Below, one piece after another: positions 1 through 10,690 of a stretch of 64,000 nucleotides of DNA. The notes below the pieces were generated by a model. That model did no database searches. It was not told the DNA's origin and saw only the letters and a list, made by a program, of their open reading frames with translations. The number at the start of each line of letters is the position of its first letter. Position 1 is the stretch's first letter. This stretch comes from Lepidodermella squamata (lineage: Eukaryota > Animalia > Gastrotricha), in assembly GCA_047495785.1 (NCBI GenBank), contig JBLDXI010000054.1, positions 3,100,001 through 3,164,000 on the forward strand, read 5' to 3'. The position numbers were made by a program, and so were the translations under genes.

Positions 1-456
1 GACTTTTCGAATTTTTGATTGCTCGAAAAATCGAAATCGTGCGTACCGCGTAGATGATGAGCCAGAGAGGGGATCCCAATACCCTGTCCTGGCTTCCATC
101 GTCCTAGCATGAGTGGAAGCTTGCGTTTTAAAAATGGTGGAAAAAATCGGTAATTTTGCCGTAAATCGCCACGGTTGACAGGTCCGGCGTTCAGCGTGAA
201 TCATTAAAAAATCATTAAAAATGCAAAACCTGCAGCATAATAAATAAGTAAATCACAATTAAAGAACAAATTACTATTGTTTTTAAGTTTAATTTATCAA
301 ATTTAAAAAAATATTGACAAATGATTAATGACCCTCACTCGCCGGCTCACGACGGCGCGCTTTTCTCGAAGTGACAGCATCGTCTCGTCGCGCGACTCGG
401 CATCTTGTGTGATTGTTTTCGTGTCTGAACAACACAACTGTTCCTGGAATGATTAA

Positions 457-3400
457 ATGTCCGATCAGTCTGAAAGAAAACGAACTAGCACATATCTAGA
501 ACTGAAAGACGAGTCCTGTTCTTCCCCTGATTCCAAAAAACCCAAGCCCGCTTTCTCAGAGGCGACAAACAAGACCGAGAGCAACGGTAACAGTAACGGT
601 ACATCTGCCCCTGCTTCAAACGGCGTTCGAGAAATGACCGGGGTAAGTTCAAATTGTTGAAAATTATTCTGTTATCTATGATATCTTTGATCAGCGACAC
701 GTGGCTAATGGTTCCGCTGCTGCTGCGGATGGCGGAGAACACGTCGAAATCGACGAATCTCTCTACTCCCGACAATTGTAATTTTGAATTTTAGGTGATT
801 AGTTGAATCATTCATTTTTATCTTTGTAGATACGTGCTTGGTCATGAGACCATGCAACAGATGGCAAAGTCCAATGTCCTTATTTCAGGCTTGGGCGGGG
901 TTGGCGCTGAGGTTGCTAAGAACATCATCCTTGGTGGCGTTCGCAGCGTCATTTTGCATGACAAGCATAAGACAACATTTGCCGATCTTTCCTCCCAATT
1001 TTACCTGACTGAAGCTGATATCGGCCGCAATAGGGCCGAAGCCAGCGTCGCGAAATTCGCTGAACTCAATTCCTACGTCCACGTTGAGCATTCAACCTGC
1101 GACTTGACCCCTGAATATCTTTCTCACTTCCAAGTAAGTTGATGTCGTTATAGAATAAATATCAGTTTCAAACTTTTGTATGTGACAGGTTGTCATTTTA
1201 TGCAATTATCTTGATAATGAAGATATCCTCCCTATTGCTGATTACTGCCATGAGCATAACGTTAAGCTTATTGTTGCTTGCACTCGTGGTTTGTTCGGCC
1301 AACTTTTCTGTGATTTCGGCAACTCTTTCACTGTCACCGACCCCGATGGAGAGGAGCCTGTCAGCGCTGTTGTAGAATCGATCACTCGCGATAAAGAAGG
1401 CATCGTAACCCTGACCGACAATGGCACACTCGGTTTTGCAGTTGGTGATCTTGTTACTTTCAGCCATGTTCGCGGCGCCACTGAGATAAATTCCTGTGGT
1501 CCTCTTGAGGTCAAATCTTGCATTAGTCCTTTTGTATTTTCTATTGGTGACACGACTCGGTTTGGTGATTACCAAGCTGGCGGTGTCGCTACCCAAGTCA
1601 AGCGGCCGCGCAAGATTGCATTCAAGCCTTTCCGCCGTGCCCTCGACGAACCTGAGTATCTGATTTCAGACTTCGCTAAATTCGACCGTGAAGGTGTGTT
1701 ACATCATGCTTTCCGGTGCTATGGCCCCTTCGTGAAATCTATGGGCGGTGTCCACCCGAAGCCCCGTCATGCAGCTACTGCGAAGAAATTCGTCGAGTTC
1801 TGCAAAACTCAATTCAATGTCGACCCGAAATCTTTGGATGAAGCGATATTGGAGGAGTTCTGCAGCCAAGCAGTCGGCGATGTTTGCCCAATGAATGCTG
1901 TGATTGGTGGTATTGCCGCTCAAGAAGCTATCAAATCAATCTCCGGAAAATTCACCCCGATTCAGCAGTTCTTGTACTTCGATGCGCTGGAATGTTTGCC
2001 CAATGACAAGAGCGATTTGACTGAGGCTAATTGCGAACCTCGTGGTTGCCGCTACGATTCTGAAATCGCAGTCTTCGGCCAAGAGTTCATCAAGAAGCTT
2101 GCGTCTCTGAAGCTCTTCCTCGTCGGATCGGGCGCTATCGGTTGCGAAATGCTGAAGAACTGGGCGATGATGGGCGTTGGTTGCTCGAAGATGGGTCATG
2201 TTGTAGTAACCGATATGGACTTGATCGAACGTTCCAATCTCAACCGGCAGTTCTTGTTCCGTCGCGGAGATCTCCAGCAGCCCAAGTCAGATGTTGCCGC
2301 CGCTGCCAGCCGCAAAATGAACCCTGCTTTCCACATCGACGCCCACCGCAATCGCGTCGGGCCTGAAACTGAAGAGCTGTACAACGATGAGTTCTTCATG
2401 GGTCTTGATCTGGTTGTCAACGCCCTCGACAACGTCGATGCCCGCCAGTACATGGACCGGCGCTGCGTGTACTACCGCAAACCTTTGTTGGAATCAGGCA
2501 CTTTGGGCACGAAGGGCAACGTTCAGGTTGTCTTCCCTGACTTGACCGAATCATATTCATCATCGCAAGATCCACCAGAAAAATCTTTCCCCATCTGCAC
2601 GATCAAGAACTTCCCTAACGCAATCGAACACACTTTGCACTGGGCCCGAGAAGCCTTCGACACCCATTTCTGCTCTCCGATGTTCTACGTCGTGCAGTAC
2701 CTTGCCGATCCTGAATTCATCGCAAAAACGCTGAAGAACAACGCGGCCCAGGCGATCGAAATTCTTGCGACTATCAAGCGAGTTCTTGTCGACGAGCGGC
2801 CCAAGAAATTCGAGGACTGCGTTGCGTGGGCTCGTATGCAGTGGGAGGAAGACTTCCACAATCAAATCGAACAGATGCTGTACAACTTCCCTGCTGACGC
2901 GGTAAATACTTTTTTCATATTTTAAGGTGTAATCCATTTTGAATGATGAGCAAGCCTTTGCTTGAATAACCTGATAGCAAATCAAGACATTTGAAACCTG
3001 ACAATTCTTCTCCGAATTGTTTGGATCGCTGTTAGTTTCGTACTATTACTAATTTCTTCTTATCTTTCAGAAAACGACGGAAGGTCAACCTTTCTGGTCT
3101 GGAGCTAAGCGCTGTCCCCATTCTCTCAAATTCGATAAATCAAATGTAAGTTCGAATAAATTGTACACCAAAGTCGAAATTCTGAATGATGACAAACAGC
3201 TCTATGAGAACAACGGTTGCGGCCTCTATCATCCTTCTTCAATTTTTTCCTCCGTTATTTTTTACCTTCCGATCTTTAGCCGCTCCTAATATGATTTAGA
3301 TTATGAGATCTGAGACTTGAAAAATTGAAAATTGTTATTTTTTCTGCTTGGAATTTTGTTTACTTGAATTTTTTGCTATTTCAAGAATCGCCATGTCGAC

Positions 3401-4459
3401 TACGTGTTTTCCGGTGCGAACCTCCGAGCGTTAATGTTTGGCCTGCCGCAAGTTCGCGACCGTAACGCCGTCATTGAAATGATTTCCCGCATCAACATGC
3501 CCAAATTCTCGCCGAAACAGGGCATCAAAATCGCCGTCACTGATCAAGAACACGAGGCGATGAGCAACGGCAACTCGCGGTCTGCTGACGAAAAGACCAT
3601 TCAGGACTTGATCGCCGCGATTCCTTCTCGAGAATCGCTTGTATCGGCCAATTTCGAACCGATCGAGTTCGAAAAGGACGACGATAGCAACCTGCACATG
3701 GACTTCATTGTTTCCGCCTCGAATTCCCGCGCTGAAAACTACGACATCCCGACTGCTGATCGCCACAAGGTAATTTACAGCTCCACCTTAAAGTAATGTA
3801 TTTTTTAAAATGATGAGCAATTTTTTTGCTTGAATTACCTGATAGCAAAATAAGACATTTGAAAGCTGAATTGAAAAAATTGAAAAGTCCTCCTTAATAT
3901 TTTGAAATTTCGTTAAATCGTCGTATTTTTTGTTATTCAGAGCAAATTGATTGCTGGCCGCATTATTCCGGCTATTGCAACAACGACGAGCTTGGTTGTC
4001 GGCCTGGTTTGTTTGGAGTTGTACAAGATCGTGCAGGGCCATAAGGAGATTGAAAAGTACAAGAACGGTTTCTTGAACTTGGCGTTGCCGTTTTTCGCGT
4101 TCTCGGAGCCTGTTCCGCCGAAGAAGGCGCAGTACAACGGCAAACCGTGGACGTTGTGGGATCGCTTCGTTGTTACCGGCGAGCCGACGCTCGGCGAGCT
4201 GATTGATAATTTTAACAAGGAGCACGGACTCGAAATCACGATGTTGAGCGCCGGTGTTGCGATGTTATTCGCGTTTTTCATGCCCAAGGACAAGCAGCGT
4301 GAGCGCCGAGGCATGAAAATCCCGGCTTTGGTCGAGGCTGTTACAGGAAAGCCATTGCCGCCGTGGCAACGCGCGATCGTCCTCGAAATCTGCTGCAATG
4401 ACTCCACGGGCGAGGATGTCGAAGTTCCATTCATCCAATACATGTTGGACAAGAAATGA
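457..4459 (+). CDS. UBA1: Ubiquitin-activating enzyme E1, paralog 1 (spliced)
   Basis: Exons 457-642, 695-777, 830-1133, 1189-2901, 3071-3145, 3386-3769, 3941-4459, all GT-AG and in frame. Motifs [27 protein letters not shown], catalytic [40 protein letters not shown] and the UFD. Basic N-terminal extension (RKRT..KKPK). Confidence 0.96.
2943..3001 (+). ncRNA. Intronic C/D box snoRNA, family A copy 1
   Basis: Box C ATGATGA 2943-2949, CTGA 2971-2974, box D CTGA 2998-3001. D guide AGACATTTGAAA is complementary to UUUCAAAUGUCU, recalled from invertebrate 18S rRNA. A paralogous copy lies at 3810-3869. Confidence 0.8.
3186..3313 (+). ncRNA. SNORD97: Intronic SNORD97-like C/D RNA, copy 1 (predicted tRNA-Met(CAU) Cm34 guide)
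   Basis: Box C 3186-3192, box D 3310-3313 preceded by AGATTATGAGAT, which is antisense to the elongator tRNA-Met anticodon arm UCUCAUAAUCU. Internal pyrimidine-rich loop closed by a GCGGC/GCCGC stem. Confidence 0.85.
3810..3869 (+). ncRNA. Intronic C/D box snoRNA, family A copy 2
   Basis: Box C 3810-3816, CTGA 3839-3842, box D 3866-3869. Guides TTGCTTGAAT and AGACATTTGAAA are conserved with 2943-3001 while the flanks diverge. Confidence 0.8.
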
Positions 4460-5058
4460 ACACAATTTATGATGACACTTTTGAAGAGTGAAACGCAAAT
4501 TAAGAAGTACGGTTTATTTCTTTGTTAGTGTGTTGGTTGAGCGAAAAAGTCAACCTGAGAGTATATTATCTCTATAAAATATATTCATTCAAGGTGATGT
4601 AGTGGAGTAACATGTGCCACCTTAATATGCGCCTTCGGTGTTTTATTTCTTCTGGCTGTGTTCTCATGTGTTACAGCTATATCTATATCTTGTCCGAGTG
4701 ATTGCGAAACCAACTGTGTTGTCATGGTCTAAAAGTCATCATGATAATTTTTCTCTTCTTTTAGTACCGGAGTCTTATAAAATATTCCGCTTGAATAATA
4801 ATATTATTATTATATTAACTATCTGTAATACAATACGGACGTTTAGAAATTGCTTGCCCATGCGTCTTTTCTTCATCATTCGTCTATATACCCATTTATC
4901 AATTATACTTGACACTGACTCGCACACACACTTTGAATGTATTAGAGCTGATTACAATTGTCATCACATCGCTCATCAGAATGTGAAATAAAACTTCAAT
5001 AGGCGTTATAAACATTTTTTAAGTTGGGTGTTTTCGCTTAGAAATTAACTTATACCGC

Positions 5059-8000
5059 ATGAAACGAGTTATGAGTGATACCTTGACCGTTTCTTCAGCC
5101 GAAGGTTCCCAATTGAAGTCAGCTAAAGTATGCTGCGATGTCGAAATCGACGAAGCTTTGTATTCAAGGCAATTGTGAGTTTGGTCATCGATGGGAAAAT
5201 AATTTAATTTATGAATTTCATCATTAGGTACGTTCTTGGTCACGATTCGATGAAAAGAATGTCGACGAGCAGTATCCTGATTTCAGGAATGGGTGGCCTT
5301 GGGGCTGAAATAGCGAAAAATGTGATACTATCGGGTGTCAAAAGGGTGGTTCTCCATGATACTCAAACGGTCGCGATTTGCGATCTTTCCTCTCAGGTTT
5401 TGCTCGGAAACTAAAAATTGCTTGAAAATACTATTGATTTTCAGTTCTATGTCACCGATAAAGATATTGGTCGTAATCGGGCTGAGGCTTGCCACTCCAA
5501 ATTTGCCGAGCTCAATTCCTATGTTCTTGTAGAACATTCGTCTCAGAAGTTGGATCCTGATTTTCTGTCAGATTTTCAGGTTAAATATAATTAAAATTCG
5601 AATGTTTCAAACAACTCAACAAAAAATTAATTTTAAGGTAGTCGTTTTGTGCAATTACGCCAGCTATCACGATGTAGTGCCAATGTCGGATTTCTGTCAC
5701 GAAAATGGCATTAAATTCATCTTGGCGTCAAGTCGCGGCTTATTCGGCCAACTTTTCTGCGATTTTGGCGATTGTTTCGAAGTAATCGATCCAGACGGCG
5801 AAGATCCTGTTCAGACCCTGGTCGAATCGATTTCCTGTGATCAAGAAAACGGCATTGTAACTGTTACCGACCATGGAAATCGAGGCTTTTCAGAGGGCGA
5901 TGCTGTTATGTTTCGCGATGTGAGAGGCGCTGTTGGTCTAAATTCGTGTGGTCCGATCAAAATCAAGTCAGTCATTTCACCATTTGTTTTTTCGATTGGG
6001 GATACGACTCAATTCGGCTCGTATGAAGGAGGCGGTATTGTAACCCAGGTGAAACAACCCCAGATCGTCTCATTCAAATCTTTGAGGAATTCGGTGAAAG
6101 AACCAGAATTCGTGACCTCAGATTTCGCGAAAATCGACCGTCAAATGTCGCTTCACGCCGCTTTTCATTGTTTGGGTTCGCGAGATTTCATCGAGGCCTG
6201 TAAACGACTCGACTTCGTAGATGCGAAATCGCTAGATGAGCATATGTTGGCTGAATTTTCGCGTCAAAGTAACACCGAATTGTGTCCTATGAATGCGGTT
6301 ATTGGCGGAATAGCTGCTCAAGAAGTTATTAAGGCGGTTTCTGCAAAATTCACCCCACTCAAACAATGGCTGTATTTCGACGCCCTCGAATGTTTACCTG
6401 AAGAGCCTTTGAAGCCAGCGATACCAGCTATTGAAAGCCGATACGATGCTGAAATCGCTGTTTTTGGCCGAGATTTTGTCGACAAATTGCTAAAACAGCG
6501 CGTTTTTCTCGTTGGAGCCGGCGCGCTGGGTTGTGAGATGTTGAAAAATTTTGCAATGATGGGCGTTGGGTGTTCAAACGAAGGTTCAGTCACAGTGACT
6601 GACATGGATTTGATCGAGCGATCAAATTTGAATCGCCAATTTCTGTTCCGAAATTGCGATCTACAACAGCCGAAATCAGACCGTGCCGCGGCGGCTTGTT
6701 TGAAAATGAACCCGGAAATGAATATAACCGCCCATCGTAATAAAGTCGGCCCTGAGACGGAAGAAGTTTACAATGATGAATTCTTCCTTAATCTCGATTT
6801 TGTCGTAAACGCCCTTGACAACGTCGATGCGAGGAAATACGTCGATAATCGATGTGTTCATTACCAGAAACCACTGCTCGAGTCAGGAACTTTGGGTACG
6901 AAGGGAAATATTCAAGTTATCTTGCCTGGTTTAACCGAGTCTTATTCTTCATCGACCGATCCGCCTGAAAAGTCGTACCCGATCTGTACGATCAAGAATT
7001 TCCCGTATGCTATTGAGCACACATTGCAATGGGCGCGCGAGTTGTTTGAATCGTGTTTTACGTCACCGATGTTCCACGTGTTGAACTACGTTGAAGATGA
7101 GAATTTTGTTGAAAACCTCGGGAAATCCGACCCGTCGCAGGTTCGATCGATTTTGAAATCGATAAAACGTTTGTTGACTGTTGAAAGGCCGAGAAGCTCT
7201 GAAGACTGCGTTGCCTGGGCTCGAATTTTCTGGGAAGAAAATTTTCTCAATCCGATCAAACAAATCTTGTTCATGTTCCCACCAGACTCTGTGAGTCATT
7301 TCAGCTAAATCAAATTTTTGCATGAAATAATTCAAATTTTCAGCTGACGTCCGAAGGCGTTAAATTTTGGTCTGGCTCGAAACGGATGCCGCGGGCTATT
7401 GAGTTCAGTGTTGAAAATGCGAGTCACTTTTTCAATTTTAATAAACTTTTACTGAATGATGACAACAGCAATATGATCGAGCAGGATCGCAGCCTCTACC
7501 TCGTTTCTTCATTTTTCCTATTTTTCGCATAGTTTTAGCGGGGATTTATTGTCATTTTTTAGTTAAGCCTTCCGATCTTCGGCTGCGACCTCCGTGATTA
7601 AGATTATGAGATCTGAGAAAAATATTCGAAAAATATTTCAAATTTTCATATTTCTTGCCTAACGTACAATTTCATTTTTTAAGCCGGCGCATTTGGATTT
7701 TGTGATTGCTGGTGCTAATTTACGGGCCCAAATGTTTGGACTGCCACAGCTGCGAGATAAAAACGCGATAATTCGAATGATCAGCCAAGTCACAGTGCCG
7801 AAATTCACGCCTCAAACTGGCGTGAAAATCCGTAATCTCGACGAAAATGCCAGCGGCGGAAGTTCGGCCGACGCCTCAGATTCAGAGCACAGCCAATCGC
7901 TTGAAGATCTCTTCTCTGATTTGCCGTCTCGAGAATCGCTAGCTGACGCCAATTTTGAGTCAATTCAATTCGAAAAGGACGATGAAGCTAATTTTCACAT

Positions 8001-8707
8001 GGATTTTATCGTCGCAGCTTCGAATTCTCGCGCCGAATTTTATGACATTCCTACGGCCGATCGTCATAAGGTAGGTAATCCTCCTCCGTATTCTTCTCCG
8101 TATTCCGAATTGCTAGAAAAAAATTGAAAATTCCTCCTTAATTGTTTTAATTTTTCAGAGTAAAGGTATAGCTGGTCGAATTATACCGGCAATAGCGACC
8201 ACAACGAGTGTTATCGTCGGACTGGTTTGCCTGGAACTGTATAAAATCGTTCAAGGTCATCGTGATTTGTCGAAATTCAAAAACGGCTTCATCAATTTAG
8301 CCTTGCCATTTTTCGCATTTTCCGAACCCCTCGCGCCGAAATCGAGCGAATTCAACGGCAAAAAGTGGACGCTGTGGGATCGTTTTGTCATCGAGGGTGA
8401 GCTTACGCTGGGCGAACTGATCGACCGGTTTCAAGCCGAACATAACGTCAAGCTGACCATGGTCAGTAGCGGGGTTGTGATTTTGTTTACGGACATGATG
8501 GATGCTAGCAAGCAACTTGACCGCAAGGCGATGCGGGTCGGGCAAATACTTGAAAAAATTACCGGAAAGAAAATACCATCCTGGCAACGCATATTAACCC
8601 TTGATTTGTGCTGCGAAGATGCTGACGGAAATGACCAGTACGAAATGCCGCAGGTTCACTACGTGCTCGACCGAAGTTTGAACAACAAGGAGAATTTCGC
8701 GGCTTGA
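5059..8707 (+). CDS. UBA1: Ubiquitin-activating enzyme E1, paralog 2 (spliced)
   Basis: Exons 5059-5174, 5228-5396, 5445-5579, 5638-7290, 7344-7418, 7684-8070, 8159-8707. One GC-AG intron (7419-7683). GAGALGCE and catalytic [11 protein letters not shown] are intact. Confidence 0.92.
7456..7616 (+). ncRNA. SNORD97: Intronic SNORD97-like C/D RNA, copy 2
   Basis: Box C 7456-7462, guide AGATTATGAGAT plus box D 7613-7616, stem TCGCAGCC/GGCTGCGA around a U-rich loop. Same intron position as copy 1. Confidence 0.83.
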
Positions 8708-9865
8708 ATTATTTGATTTTTTTTACGTATTTTTCTTCCAAATTTGTGCTCAATTTGTTATCTAGTGATCAATTTTAGCTACCTGGGAAATAAAGAAGTG
8801 ATGGAAATTTTTCGATTATTACCTTTAATTGCTTTGAAATCATCTTTTTACGTATTATGTGCTACTTATTCTGCAATTCCGGCATGAGCTTTCAGAGAAG
8901 AATAAAACTATTCAAGATTTCAGTTAAAACTGGCAAGAATGTATTATTTTATGTGTTGCTTTACAGAATTTTTCATCATTATGAGTTGAAATCGAGATGC
9001 GGCGGAATCCATTCCGGGTTTCATTCGCTTTTCACTGTTTATCCGCGGAAAGAAACCGTGGCTAAAAATAATATTATACTTCACGATTAGGGGACAAGCT
9101 GAAGATGTCTCAGTTTGCAGCCCAACGAGATCTTTAAAATTAAAATCGAAAGGTTTATTTCACTTCCCGGCGACTGAGCGTCATACCCTTTCGGGTTTTC
9201 AAGGAAACCGAAAGCAAGGCGGACACACCATTGAGGCATTAGTCTCCACATCGGAGAATATCTCGATTTTGTTACCAGATCTTGTTTTTCTGAAAATGCT
9301 TCCATGCTTTCCTATATGTGGAAGCGCGTTATTCTTCCACGCCGTGAGGTGTGCTGGAAAAAACTATGTTGCGAGTGAGGTTAAAATTAATCTTCCTTAA
9401 TAATTATATTAAATTATAGCTTCTATCATGGACAAATTAATTTAATTTCGTTTCTAAACCCATTTTTATCATAATTCTAGTCATTTCGCTCATTTCACTG
9501 ACTCAGTTACTTATTTCCAAGGAAACACGAATATTTTTTGACACCCATGCCAAGACAAGGAACCACATTTTGCAAAAATATTTTATTCTCGATTTTCATA
9601 ATAATTATTGCTATACCGAAAATTATTCAAGAATGATTCGGTTTACACAAATAGCCCAGTATTTTCGCTTCCGCCATTTTCTCTTCCGCAAATTGAGACC
9701 GGTGTACTAATTGCAAACGATTGCGTCAATGTGCGCGCGCTTCGATAACAGGGAGTGATTCATTTATGCATATTATGCGCACATCTTGTGCATATGCAAA
9801 TGAGATAACTGTGCAGTTAGCGCATGGCAGCAAAAAGCGGACGCAATTTTATCGCAGAAATCATT

Positions 9866-10003
9866 AGCTTTGCGCAGTGGCAGTTCCATACTCAGTGAGG
9901 TGCAAACCGAGAGGTGGAAATTGCTAATTGAAAACTACCCCAATTACCCGCTCTGAGGACCTACGGGTCCGCTGTAGCACTTTCTGGAGCCCCACAAGGG
10001 GCT
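9866..10003 (+). ncRNA. RNU4: U4 spliceosomal snRNA
   Basis: Canonical 5' end AGCTTTGCGCAGTGGCAGT, k-turn CTC-AGT-GA-GGT-GCAA-ACC-GA-GAG, stem I region TTGCTAATTGAAAAC, central hairpin GGACC-TACG-GGTCC, Sm-like site ACTTTCTGG and 3' hairpin AGCCCC-ACAA-GGGGCT. Confidence 0.93.
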
Positions 10004-10690
10004 ATGAAGCAAAGAAACAAAAACCTAGTGCGTGACCTGATCATGTCAAATTTAATTTCAATGAGCCATTGTCCAGAATCGATTTCCCGCTGGCCCTGAG
10101 TAAATAATATAAGCAAGAACTGTGACACGCTGTTGTCGAGTTGTGCGCACGCGATTTTGTTGATACACGCCACTTCAATATTCCGCCTCTTTTTATCGAC
10201 CGGGTGCACAAGTAAGCAAATCATGCAGAAGCAGTGAGTGAGAGAGAGAGAGAGACGCTGTTTATACAACACATCACATTAAAACTTTGACGGATTCATT
10301 CATTCATTGCGGTTGAGCCAACTTGCTCCTAATCATATATATATAGGTACAAATTGTTGCCCACAATTTTATATCATGTGCTAAAATAGCCCTTTTATTT
10401 CCCTAGATGCGTGTTTTTTCTCAGTCCAATATGTGAGCCATTGAGAATTCATAGAACAAACACGACGCCTGCATTTTTTATTCCAGTGTATTCTCTATTA
10501 AGATGATTCATATACACGTAGCACTGCTGCAGCATTTTGCTATCAGAACCATTTTTTATTATCGCAAGCTAATTCATGATACAAATATAAGGATATTTCT
10601 AAACCCTGTTATTATCTCAAATTTGATAGCATTCTTAACGAAATTTGCTAGTTTTACTCGCAGAAATTTTTACTATTCGTCCCGGATAAA

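Noticed and set aside
47-125. GATGATGA plus hairpins as a snoRNA, or first exon of a divergent minus-strand gene
   Set aside because: No convincing box D or guide, and the candidate exon is too short at the window edge to identify.
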